From NCBI RefSeq assembly GCF_009914755.1, contig NC_060931.1: a DNA stretch of 64,000 nt; one strand, given 5' to 3'. The stretch comes from the human T2T-CHM13v2.0 reference genome, Homo sapiens. This document shows, in pieces, positions 1 to 17,887 of this stretch. Within the stretch, counting starts at the first letter, position 1. Every line of letters starts with the position of its first letter. Position numbers and translations under genes: made by a program. A model generated the notes under the pieces. That model was not told where the DNA came from, did no database searches, and saw only the letters and a program-made list of their open reading frames with translations.

Positions 1-99
1 ATTTTCTGGTTTCACAGTAGTTGCACAATAACATTCAAATACATTTTAAAACACACACGCGAAACAACACAGTATATTTTAAAATATAGAGTAGATACA

Positions 100-610
<511 letters not shown>

Positions 611-964
611 GGACCTTGGAAAATTAAATTGGAGTCGGCAATAATATTTATTTTCAAAGACATCTATGTATAGGCAGGATGAAAATGGGGAGTGAGCATG
701 GAGATAAAGAAAAAATAATAAAATAACCCAACAAGGTGTCTTTCATGGGCTTATGGTAAGGGTGTGCCCTGAATTGACAGGAATAATGAACTCAAGTTTT
801 GGAACCTGACATTCCCCAAATCTGCAAGAGTTAAGCCTAAAACAAACAGACCAAAGCCCCAGGTTATGAATCTAGTCACTGTTGAGCAGTGAGCTTTCGC
901 CATCTTCCTTCTGAGAAGGAGCTCAGTGGTTATATGGTTTTTGTAGTGTTAAACAATGCTGCTA

Positions 965-1437
<473 letters not shown>

Positions 1438-1733
1438 TTATGTAATAATTTACCTATTGTGTCTAAGCTGTTCTTTAAAAAACTAATTGCTATCAAAATG
1501 CTTAATGAGTCAATTACTAATTATAAATCAGTGAATTAATACATCCGAAGTCAAGAATCTGTTATGTTTACAAACAATTGCTACCCTCTGTCTAATCTTT
1601 GAATTTGTGCTCATGAAGAAATTGGCTACCAATGTGGTACCAGTCTCCCAGCATCCTTGAAGAAGAGTTAGGAGGCAGGAGAAAACACATGTACGTCTTT
1701 CCCTAGAGGTGACTACACTGAAATCTAGCTAAG

Positions 1734-2145
1734 TGATATAGTTTGGATGTTTGTACCCTCCAAATCTCATTTTGAAATGTGATCCCCAATACTGGAAGTG
1801 GGGTCTGGTGGGAGGGGCATGGGTCATAGGGGCGGATCCCTCATGAATGTCTTGAGGCCCTCCCCACAGTAATAAGTAGGTTCTCACTCTATTAGCTCAA
1901 AGGAGAGCTGGCTGTTTAAAAGAGCATGGCATCTCTTGCTTTCTCTCTCACCATGTGATGTACCTGCTCCCCCTTCCCTTCCACCATGAATAAAAGCTTC
2001 CCAAGGCCTCACCAGAAGCCAATCAGATGTGGGTGCCATGATTCTTGTACAGCCTGCAGGAACCAGGAGCCAAGTAAACCTCTTTTCTTTCTAAATGACC
2101 CAGTTTTGGGTATTCCTTTATAGCAACACAAAATGGGCTAAGACA
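1734..2145 (+). mobile_element. MaLR solo LTR (MSTB-like)
   Basis: TGATATAGTTTGGATG...GGGCTAAGACA termini; 5-bp TSD ctaag/ttaag. Confidence 0.85.
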
Positions 2146-2245
2146 TTAAGTCAACAAGATACACAAAACAACGCAGTTAAGTACCAACACAAGGCACAAC
2201 CCAATGAGAATGAAATAGGCATTGCAGAGTGCCAGTGCTCGAGAG

Positions 2246-2739
2246 CAGGGCTCCTCATCGCCCAGGCTGTGGACCAGCACCAGTCTGTGGCCTGTTAGGA
2301 ACCAGGCTACACAGCAGGAGGTGAGTGGCAGGTGAGCAAACATTGCCGCCTGAACTCTACCTCCTGTCAGATCAGCAGCAGCATTAGATTCTCATAGGTG
2401 CTCAAACCCTATTGTAAACTGCACACGCGAGGGATCTAGATTGTGCACTCCTTGTGAGAATCTAATGCCTGATGATCTGTCACTGTCTCCCATCACCCCC
2501 AGAGGAGATCGTCTAGCTGCAGGAAAACAGGCTCAGGGCTTCCACTGATTCTACATGATGTGTAATTACACGTTGTGTAATTATTTCATTATATATTACA
2601 ATGTAATAATAATAGAAATAAAGTACATAATAAATGTAATGTGGTTGCATTATCTGAAAACCATCCTTCCTCACTGGTCTGTGGAAAAACTGTCTTCCAC
2701 AAAACAGGTCCCTGGTGCCAAAAAGGTTGGGGACCGCTG
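2246..2739 (+). mobile_element. MER1A hAT-Charlie DNA transposon relic
   Basis: CAGGG...GGGGACCGCTG termini; gcattagattctcatagg core; 8-bp TSD ctcgagag/ctccagag. Confidence 0.9.
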
Positions 2740-3072
2740 CTCCAGAGTTCAGAGAAGTTAGGGCAGAGACGACCTGGGCAGGCTTCTGAAGGACTTCCCC
2801 ATGAACGGAATTCTGCTCAGCAGAGGCATGGGGTGAGGGCCGCTTTAGGGACTGCATCTGGTGGAAGCTCAAATGCAGACTTTGTGGATTAGCTAGGCAA
2901 TTCAAGTTCCAAAAGGATTTTTGGAAATTGTGGATCTTAGGGAAATGGTAGATGTTGGGCTCATTTTGTTTTAATTAGCTGAAGAACATAACAAGAAAAA
3001 AAGTTTCTCCAAAGGAGGGAAATCAGAATATCTTCATACATTTCTATTTTTGTCTGTTTCCCAAGACCCTGA

Positions 3073-3465
<393 letters not shown>

Positions 3466-3676
3466 AAGAACGTTACATACACATACATCATTTTCCCACA
3501 TCTGTCATGAGGCAAGCATGAAAAGGCCTTTTTTCCTCCTTGAGATGGAAAATAAACTGTAAGGCATTGGATGGTACCTGACACGGTCTGGAATCAGGAT
3601 TTCCTGACTTTGAATTCGGTGCCGTGAGTGATGGCAAGGAAACTGCTGTTTTTCAGTCACCTGAAACTTTAGGTGA

Positions 3677-4110
3677 GTTGCTGTGTTGCCCAGGCTTCTC
3701 ATGAACTCCTGGGCTCAAGCAATCTTCCTACCTTGACCCAAAGCACTAGGATTATAGGCATGAACCACCATGCAGAAGCCACGTTTGGTGGGAGTTGTGT
3801 TTTTGTTGTTGTTGTTGTTTGTTTTTTTGAGACAGAGTCTCGCTCTGCCACCTAGGCTGGAGTGAAGTGGCGTGATTTCGGCTCAATGCAACCTCTGACT
3901 CCCAGGTTCAAGCCATTCTCGTGCCACAGCCTCCCGAGTAGCTAGGATTACAGGCACCCACCACCACGCCTGGCTAATTTTTGTATTTTTAGTAGAGACG
4001 GGGTTTCATCATGTTGCCCAGGCTGGTCTCAAACTCCTGACCTCAGGCGATCTGCCCACCTCGGCCTCCCGAACTGCCGAGATTACAGGCTTGAGCCACT
4101 GCGCCCCGCC
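3677..4110 (-). mobile_element. Alu monomer fragment plus full AluS
   Basis: reverse Alu consensus at 3677-3785 and 3800-4110. Confidence 0.9.
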
Positions 4111-4459
4111 AGTGGGAGTTTTATGTACATTATCTCAGGCAATGCAACCACATCATGAACTAAGGCAATTTTACAGAAATGGACAGAGAATCAGAGGGCA
4201 TCTTTCAGTTTGAGTTAAAATCCAGTACAATGAAGATATGATACTGATAGTGAGAATGAGATCAGACATGGAAGCCAGAGACTCTCTAGACACACCCTTT
4301 TCCTATGCTATGGTATGTCTTGAATTTCTGAAAATATCACTGGGCTTAAAAGTGAAGAAAATTATACTGGAGGTTTTTTCTTCTTCTAAAAATCTCCACA
4401 TAAATGGGTCACCTTGAAATACTGTTCTCATAATGCAGTTACAATTTTTAAAAATTGCT

Positions 4460-4750
<291 letters not shown>

Positions 4751-4933
4751 AAGATGTGGACATGCTTTTTTCTTCTCTTTTCCAGGGAGGCAGGTATGTA
4801 GGAAGATCCACAGAGGGGCAGTGCATTTTTGGGGGACTGATGCCCAGATTTTGTTCAGGTGATAATTATCTGCCAGACTTCTCATCGAAAGGGCGATAGT
4901 GCATGCAGGGAAAAGGTACCTTGAGCCAGCACC

Positions 4934-5189
4934 CCTGAGGAAGATGTTTGTATTATGAGGACTCACAATCGGTCTGGGGAAGGTGTGGATGTCAGCAGAG
5001 AAGGAGCCGCACCACCACAAGGACTCTGTTCTGAGTGGGGGGGAAGAGGACCACATAGTCTCTTCCCTTGCCCAGGCAGCAAAGGTCCCTTTTTGATCAG
5101 CAAATCAAATCAGCAAATAAAAGCTGATTTGATGGGTCTTCCAAATGCTCAGTTTCTCTATTACTCCCATGACCCAAGGAAGCCATGGC
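4934..5189. repeat. Dispersed direct repeat, copy A (paralog at 9158-9411)
   Basis: cctgaggaagatg...tgacccaaggaagccat shared; ~78-80% identity by eye. Confidence 0.9.
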
Positions 5190-5246
5190 CTTCTAAGAGA
5201 GAGTCATCATACATGTGACACTGAGCTCCATTAGAATTTGGTTTCA

Positions 5247-5873
<627 letters not shown>

Positions 5874-6183
5874 AATTTGTTTTCCATGCTGCCAGTTTGT
5901 CACTATGACAGTGCGGTCTGGACTGAAAGAATGGCCATAAATATTGTGGACATTCAGAGTAAGGAAGCGAATCCCTGACAGGCTATGAGGCAGGAGAATA
6001 GGGTTTGGAGACAGGGAACATAAGGACTTCCTAGAGCTAAATCAAATGGAAACACTTCAGCTATGACAGAACTATCCTCTCCATTTACAAAGGGTGTACG
6101 TCGAGTAAGTGACTGTAACTTTACTTCATCCTCTTCATTTACATAAGGCGTATACCAAGTAACCAATGGAAACCTCGAGAGGG

Positions 6184-6861
<678 letters not shown>

Positions 6862-7229
6862 ACTTTGATTTTTAATAAATCTCTGCTTTTGTTGCTTCAT
6901 TCCTTCCTTGCTTCATTTGTGCATTTTGTCCAATTCTTTGTTCGAGATGCCAAGAACCTGGACACCCTCCCCTGGTAACACCTGGAGAGTGAGCCCCTTA
7001 TGGGAGGAGAATTGCTCACAGTTGTTTTAGCCACAGCACAAGTATGGGCAGGGCGGAAAGGGGTCTTTCATGTAATCTGTTCCAACTCCATCATTTTACA
7101 GGTGAGGAAACTGAGGCAGAGGGACTCATTCAAGGTCACCCACAGATACATGGAAGGGTTGAGAATAGGATCTAGGTCTCCGACAATCACTACCACGCAT
7201 TTTTGGATATTGCAGAGTACTTGCCAAAA

Positions 7230-7945
7230 AACCTAGGCATCATCTTTGATTCTGTGTCTTCCTTCAACACCCCATTCCTATGACCAATCCATCACCACGG
7301 TCCTCTTAAAGACTTGCAAGCATAGCCCGAACTGATCCTCTCCCCACCACTCTGGCCCCAAACAGCTCATACTGAGTTCCTCCCTGACCCAGAGTAGTCA
7401 AGTCCTTCTTTTGTCCCTAACACCCCCGATCCACAGAGCCACCCGAGTCAGACTTTGAAACTGTAAATCCAGTCAGAACACACCTCTTTAAACTTAAAGC
7501 TGCTTCAGACCACACAGGGAATCACGTCCATACTCCTACCTGATCAGCCCACTGCACATCTGGCACCAGCCAGTCTCCCTCAGTCTGCTCCAGCCAGACT
7601 GGCTTTCTTAATGCTCTGGGAACATGCCAAGCTGCTCCCACCTTAGGACTTTGTATCTACTGTTCCTTCTGCACAGAATGCCATTCCCAGAGTTCTTCAT
7701 AAAGCCGGCTCCACCCTGTCATTCCTTTCCTAGCCATTTCACCCTCTCTGAGAAGCCTGCCCTAACCAGGCATTCCTGAATAGGCCCCCGTCTATCCCCG
7801 TTTTATTTCTACCATAACATTTATCCATAAATGACATTTCCTTGTTTGTTCATTTATTGCCTGTCTGCCCCATCTCTCTCATTCACGGCCAGTGCCTGAA
7901 ACCTGCTGGACACATAGTAGGCTCTTAGTAAATATCAGTTTAATT
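7230..7945. mobile_element. L2 LINE 3' remnant
   Basis: cagtgcctgaaac...cacatagtaggctcttagtaaatatcag L2 terminus. Confidence 0.6.
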
Positions 7946-8089
7946 ACTCAGTCAAAAGATGACAGCATAGCTGCCTCTAGGGCACAACACCCTTTTCTTT
8001 TTATATGGCATAAGGGACTTTGATCAAAGAGCTCTCTAACACCATGTACTCTCCAGAAAACACTCTCAGTAAAGAAATGCTTTTACTTA

Positions 8090-8503
<414 letters not shown>

Positions 8504-9157
8504 CTAAATATACTTTTTGGATTGGCAGATGTCACATACCCTACTAAGACAAAACTGATCACAGCCAGAAACCTGGCATCTATGGCTCAGTGGCTGGTTC
8601 TGGTTGGCTCACCCTGAGCCAGGATTTGAAATCAAAGTCTTTGACTTTGAAATCATGCAAGCGACTTGCAGAATGGTGGATCTTCTGATGTCTTGCACTT
8701 TTTCTGTGCTCTAGTTTGTCAAACTGCTGCAGCCTTTTTTTTTTTCCATTCCCCTCCTGGGAGTCAGACCCAACCAATCCATCACTTGCCCAAACCAACA
8801 GATGCGGCTGCTGATGGTGGAGGGAGAACCAGGCAGGACCACCCCAGGATGTGAGTGAGTCTGCTTTCTGGGACATCTTCAAGAGAAACAGTTGCTAGCT
8901 GAAGTATGAAAAATGAAGAGTCTGCCCAGCAGCTTCCTTCTTGCATCTCTATCAAATCACTGATCTGTTGAATTGGATATGCGACCTGCAACTGCTAAAT
9001 TGAAGATACCACAGGTCACCTGGCAGGATCTTCCTAAATCATGAAACTTTCATGCTTAGGGTCCTCCCATTCTTGGCTCCACCCTGACACCTCAACAGCG
9101 GCTCAGTGGCTCCCAGTCATTTCTGCCTTTCCCAAGTGCACCCCCCTCACCTCCTTG

Positions 9158-9411
9158 CCTGAGGAAGATGTTGGTATTAATATGATAATAACTCCACAGT
9201 TGGTCCAGGGAAGGCGTGCATGTCAGCAGAGAAGGAGCTGCTCTGCCACAAGGACTCGGCTCTGGGTGAGGGGAAGGGGCCCACATAGGCTTGTCCCTTG
9301 GCCAGGCGGCAATGCTCCCTTTTTAAGGCTAGCAGCACATAAAAGCTGATTTGATCGGTCCTCCAAATGCTCAATCTCTGCATCACTTCCGTGACCCAAG
9401 GAAGCCATAGC
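9158..9411. repeat. Dispersed direct repeat, copy B (paralog at 4934-5189)
   Basis: same blocks as copy A in the same order. Confidence 0.9.
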
Positions 9412-9714
9412 TGCATTACTTTCATGACCCAAGAAAGCTAGTGTAGATCGCTAGCGATCTCAACTCATTCCTGGACTATTACAAGTACGGCCATACGGAC
9501 GCCCCAGGTGCTGGGCTGTTCCCTCTTGCACAATCTGCTGAATTCTTTTTTCTAAAACCAAGTCCCACCATGCTCTTGTCGGCTCGGCCCCTGTAGGATC
9601 CCTGCATCCTTCCTGCCTTCACATTCAAAGCTCATCAATACCTGTCCAGCTTCTTCTAATCCCCAGAAAGTCTTCTTCGATTCCTCTAATAGGAGAAAGT
9701 GCCTTCCTCTTTAG

Positions 9715-10056
<342 letters not shown>

Positions 10057-10841
10057 TCAGTCCTCCACACTTTATCTTAATCTGTTGGTGCCCATGGCTT
10101 CTCTCCTCCATCCTGTTCTTCATCTTAATATTTTCCATATGGCCTTGTTCCCTGCACTATTTAAGTAGATGCGTATCAACACACACTTGTGGTAGAAGAA
10201 TGGATTTATCATCTTAAATGACCACTCCAGGCCACTCGAATTGCTGTCTCATTGGCAGGAGAAAGATATAGTTACCTCTTCTTCTCCTTTATATACTGTC
10301 AAGGCTTTGGAGAAAAGCCAATTTTCTGCTTTAATATACATATTCTCTTTCTGGTGTTTTCCGCATTCTAAGGTGCTTTCACGCCTATTAACAGCATTTT
10401 ACCTTCATAATAGCTCTTTTGAGATGTGTGTAAAAGTGTTTTGAATAATTGTTGATAAAGTTTCCTGAGAAATAAATATTTACTGAGTGCCATTTATGTG
10501 TTAGGCATTGTGCTGGGAGTGGGGACCCAAGGGCCAGCAGGACTTTGCAGAGACTGACAAGCAGAGGACCAGTTTCCATGTCATGGGGCAGATGCTCTGA
10601 TGGGGCTGGGCTGATGTTTCTACAGGGGAACATAGGAGGCACCTGTCTCCTGGGGGGTGAGGGAGGCAGCTAGGAAATGTCTTCATAGACAGGGAGAGCT
10701 AGGCAGGCAAGGTGGGGTTGGTGGTTGGCAGTGTGGACAAAAAAAACATGATCTCAGTCTCTCAAAGAAAAGAGAACCTGAGAATCTGGCTTACTGGAAC
10801 AACTGCAATGAATTCACTATTGCTAGAGAATCAGGGGTAAA

Positions 10842-11465
<624 letters not shown>

Positions 11466-11797
11466 AGATACGGATTGAGAATTGACTGTGGGATTTAGCA
11501 ACATGGTGGTCATCAGTGACCTCCACTAGAGCTGTTTTGTTTTATGGAATGGTAAGAATGAAAATCAAGACAGAGTAGATTCAGGAGTCAGTGGGAGAAG
11601 AGAACTGGCAGCAGTGAGTACAGACTACTACCTGGGGGGTTGATTCAGAGCAGTGAAGAGGAGTGAGGTTTAACTCTTCTCTACAGGGGAACAGACAGTT
11701 TCATTTGACTATTATTCTTCTTATTTATTTTACCCACATCTTACAAGGCGTGGAATGTTGTTTTTTAGGATGAGAGTTGTCTAAGTATGTTTGTATC

Positions 11798-12168
11798 TGT
11801 ATTAGTCCCTTCTCATACTGCTAATAAAGATATACCCAAGTCTGGGTAATTTGTAAAGGAAAGAGGTTTAATGGATTCACAGTCCCACATGGCTGGGGAG
11901 ACCTCGCAATCATGGCAGAAGACGAAGGAAAAGCAAAGGGACATCGTACATGGCGGCAGGCAGGAGAGAGTGAGAACCAAGCGAAACGGAAAACCCCTGA
12001 TAAAACCATCAGATCTCGTGAGACGTATTCACTACCACGAGAACAGTATGGAAGAAACCGTCCCTGTGATTCAGTGATCTCCCACCAGGTCCCTCCCACC
12101 ACACATGGCAATTATGGGAGCTACAATTCAAGATGAGATTTGGGTGGAGACACAGCCAAACTGTATCA
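11798..12168 (-). mobile_element. THE1 (MaLR) solo LTR, THE1C-like
   Basis: tgtattagtc...cacagccaaactgtatca; TSD gtatc/gtatt. Confidence 0.9.
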
Positions 12169-12665
12169 GTATTCTAATGGGAATGACACAGCGGAGAGGT
12201 TGAAAAGCTGATCAACTTTTTGCATACGTTCCTTTATTTAAATCTCAAAATGCTCTTTGAGGTCAATATGACCCCTACTCCCTAAGTGAGAACTGCAAGA
12301 ATCAGTGAATTTAGAGATTCCACACTTAAGTCAATGGCACAGCAGGGGTTCAAATCCAGGTCTGTTGAACCCCAAAATGAACGCTTTCCCCACTGGTCTA
12401 AGTGGAAAATATTACAGAACATACTGCATTGCCTTCCTTAGATTAAAAAACTGATCAACATAGAGGTAATATAGGGTACAGATCTTAAGTTTTGAGCATG
12501 CCCTGGCTCAATAAGCCCCTGATGTTCTGGAACTCAGGAGATCCGTCCTGGAAGGAGTCAGATTCCAACATGACCTGACTATGATGCACTTATTTCAGAC
12601 CAAGCAGACAGACAACCTCCTCTGGGAGGAAAGTCAGAAGTAGAATGTACTCTAAGAGGGCTTGA

Positions 12666-13100
<435 letters not shown>

Positions 13101-13291
13101 TAATAGCAGAAAGGAACTTTGTTTCCTTTTGTGATGAGTAGGATGATTGAGGGCACATATGTATGCTGTAGGGGAGGACTTGGGAGCTACAGAAAGACTG
13201 CAGATAAGAGTGCCCGGAAATTTTACTATTGGGCATTATTTCAATTTAAAGTATTTTTTTTAAAAATTATTATTATTTTTGTTCTGATAAC

Positions 13292-13797
<506 letters not shown>

Positions 13798-14566
13798 CTA
13801 TACTTTATTTTTTTGATAGTCAATCCCTTCATCTCCCTTCACGGGAGCTTTATGAATTGGTGGGGAGGTGGTGAAAGCGAAATGAGACACCGAGAGAAGC
13901 TCTGAAATTAATCATCTTGTTTCTATCGCAGCCGAAGACATGGTCTGGATGCTGAAGTAATCAAGCAGCCACTCTCGGCTTTGATGGACAATTCACTTTC
14001 ATCTTCTGTGAGAGAATTTTGATTTACTTCTTTCAGAAAGATTGATAGGAGGTGGGTGGGACTGTGACTTTTAAATTTTTGGTTAGATCTAATATTTTTC
14101 TTGACTGTAAGAATTTATCATTAATGATTCTGGAAAGACAAAAACGTGATGAAATCTGATACAAAAGCCTAAAAAGGAAATAAAGAGGTTTAAAAAAATA
14201 AAACAAAGACACTCTTTTCGTAGTAAGCAACTCAGAGATGAAATATTTCACTCTGCAAAAAATCAAACCCCAAAAAAGACACCACTCTCAAACCTTGACA
14301 CTCTTTCTCTACCCCATTACGATCTGTCGCCTGTACTGATCACTGCAAACCTAAAATGCCTTCCTCAACTTACAAATGGCAAATCTCTTAAGTAACTTCA
14401 GTTCTCAGACAGATTAATGCAATTTTCCGGTGAGTTAGACAGGCATGAAGTGAGGTGATTCTCCGGATTTTTTGTTTTGTTTTTGAAGAAGGAGAAGAAA
14501 CTAGGAATGTTCTCATTTTAAGACTGAAAAATTTAGGCTGGGTGCTGTGGCTCACACCTCGCACTA

Positions 14567-14915
<349 letters not shown>

Positions 14916-14934
14916 GAAAGTGCAGTAATTACCA

Positions 14935-15096
14935 ATCTCTTACATGGTATATTCCATCATGGTGAAGTCTGAGATTTTAATGGATCCATCATCTTAATAG
15001 CGTACATTGTACCCAACAGGTAATTTTTCAAATCTCACCTCTCCCAACCTCCCCCTTTATGGAGTCCCCAGTATCTATTGTTCCCCTCTGTTTGTC
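14935..15096 (-). mobile_element. L1 3' UTR fragment (L1PB/L1MA-like)
   Basis: tgtacccaacagg...ggagtccccagtatctattg. Confidence 0.75.
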
Positions 15097-15333
15097 AGGT
15101 TTCTTGCCCTATTCTCATACTGGTCTTGTTAAAATGAGCTTATTATTAGTTTGATCCATTCTCTGTCTCATGAGACTCTTGGCTTCCTCCAGTTCCCTGT
15201 CTTCATTGTAAGACACAACAGACAACTCAGGGAGGCCCCTTTGTGTAGTCTTCCTATCTGTCAAAGACCTTATTGGTCCTTCACAAAGTACCAATAGACT
15301 ACCAAGTTTGCCCAGGCACATGTGGTATATACA

Positions 15334-16267
15334 GTTCCTGGGAGAAGGGGAAGCTCATTTTCCTTTCCTCAAAAGGACTTGCCTCTCCACCCATCTTAGG
15401 AAAGTTTTCCAAATATATAAAAACAGCAAAGTCTGGATTCTCCAATCCTATGTTTGCGATCTCCAAGAAAGAACAGGACACACTTCCAGACAACTTGCGT
15501 TGCCATCCTTCAGAGCTGACCACATTGGTGCTAGCCACATTATGTGGTCTCTTCTGTTAGATTTCATGTTAGCTGCTTGTTCAAAATCAGGCAGAAAGGC
15601 AGCTCCTCCTGCACTGTGAGACCTGACCCATCACTGCTACCTTAACAGACTGAGTCTCCCACCCAGCCTCACAACAGACATTGCCCAGAGTTCTTTCTTG
15701 ACTGACAGATCAGACCCTCAGATCACTTTCCAACATGCTGCCTGACTTCTCCGAGTGGCTTTCCTTATGACGGGAAACCTGGAGTATCAGGCTTTCACAT
15801 GCCTGTATTTTGGGTCACTTGTTAGTTATAAAAGATAGGCATAGGCTGCTCAATTAAAGCAAGGATGTTCTGGAAGCTGTGGCACTATCAAAGGCTAGGA
15901 GAGAAAGCAAACTGAATGGCTTGCCCCTCTCCTTTTCACCAGACTTAGTAGCAGTGAAGCACCTGTCATGGTAGGCAGTGATGAGTCAGGTCTCATGGTT
16001 CAGGAGGAGCTTCCCTTCTGCCTGGTCTTAAATGACAAGCTAACATGAAATCTAATATTCACATAATGTGGCTAGCAACATTGTGATCAGTTCTGAAGTT
16101 TGGACAAGTTGTCCAGAAGTGTGTTCTGTTCTTTCTTGGAGATCGCAAACACAGGATTGGAGAATCCAGACTTGGTTGTTTTTATATATTTGGAAAACTT
16201 TCCTAAGATGGGTGAGAGGCAAGTCCTTTTGAGGAAAGGAAAATGGGCTTCCCCTTCTCCCAGGAAC
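15334..16267. repeat. Long inverted repeat: arms 15334-15648 and 15963-16267, 314-bp spacer
   Basis: gttcctgggagaaggggaagc... is the reverse complement of ...gcttccccttctcccaggaac; ORFs 15273+/16087- and 15308+/16052- give near-identical peptides. Confidence 0.97.
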
Positions 16268-16648
16268 ATCTACCAAAACGACTATGTTCCTTTCCCAGAG
16301 CATAGAGCATAGGGGTATACCAGTTCTCCTGATGAGTTTTAACATGATATAGATAGAAGAGACTTGGAGTTTAGGACATCTCTACATATTCCAGGGTTTT
16401 GACTTTTTTACCTTTCCAGCTTTTTTTTTTTTTTAAGTGGGGGAAGGGTATGTGTGGTGGATACTTTCAGCAAAGGTGAGACACGATGGTCACCCAGTCC
16501 CAACTCCATCAGCACAAGAGGACAGTGGTCAGACTCCATGGTGCTCATAGGACTAGAATCTATTTCTAGTTCTAGTCTATTTCAATTCCTGGGCAAACCA
16601 AATGTGATGTCTCTTCACAGTTGTATTCTTTTTTAAAAATGCATATTT

Positions 16649-16985
16649 AGGCCGGGCACAGTGGCTCAGGCCTGTAATCCCAGCACTTTGGGAGGCCGAG
16701 GCGGGCAGATCACCTGAGGTCAGGAGTTTGAGATCAGTCTGGTCAACATGGTGAAACCCCATCTCTACTAAAAATACAAAAATTAGCTGGGCGTGGTGGC
16801 GGGCACCTGTAATCCCAGCTGCTCTAGAGACTGAGGGAGGAGAATCATTGAACCCAGGAGGTGGTGGTTGCAGTGAGTCAGGATGGCACCACTGCACTCC
16901 AGCCTGGGCAACAGAGAGAGACTCCATCTCAAAAATAAATAAATAAATAAATAAATAAATAAAATAAAATAAAAAAATAAAATAA
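16649..16985 (+). mobile_element. AluS with (TAAA)n tail
   Basis: Alu consensus. Confidence 0.95.
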
Positions 16986-16989
16986 AAGC

Positions 16990-17505
16990 ATATTTAGAGG
17001 ATACAAATGCAGGTTTCTTACATGTATATATTGCATCATGAACCCATCATCTGGACAGTGTACACTGTACCCAATAGGGAATTTTTCAAATCTTACTTCC
17101 GTCCCAGCCTCTCCCTTTATGGAGTCCCCAGTATCTATCATTCCCTCCGTACATCCATCTGTACCCATTGTTTAGCTCGCATTTGTAAGTGAGAACATGT
17201 GGTATTTGACTTTCTGTTTCTGAGCTATTTCACTGAGGATAGTAGCTTCCACTTCCATCCGTGTTGCTGCAGAAGATAATGATTGCATTCTTTTTTATGG
17301 CTGAGTAGTATTCCATGGTGTCTATGTACCACATTTTCTTTATCCATTCCTCCACTGATAGATATTTAGGTTGATTCCATATCTTTGCTATTGTGAATAG
17401 TGCTGCAACAAACATACCAGTGCAAGTATCTTTTTGATATAATGATTTCTTTCCTGGTAGTGGGATTGCTGGATTGAATGGCAGTTCTAATTTTAGATCT
17501 TTTTT
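16990..17505 (-). mobile_element. L1 3' end (L1PB/L1MA-like)
   Basis: translation TCTGMFVAALFTIAKIWNQPK...WIKKMWYIDTMEYYSAIKKN matches the L1 ORF2 C-terminus. Confidence 0.9.
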
Positions 17506-17584
17506 AATAGTTATATTCTTCCACTCTCTACCTCCATGCAGGTGCAAACTCCTACACCATTACCTGGTAGTGATATTAAGACTT

Positions 17585-17887
<303 letters not shown>

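Noticed and set aside
13900-14435. Possible ~500-nt exon (acceptor 13931, CCG|GTGAGT donor 14430)
   Set aside because: Splice motifs only, atypical length, no ORF support.
15273-16345. Pairs of near-identical ORFs on opposite strands
   Set aside because: A by-product of the inverted repeat; the arms differ by a 1-bp indel and show no recognisable domain.
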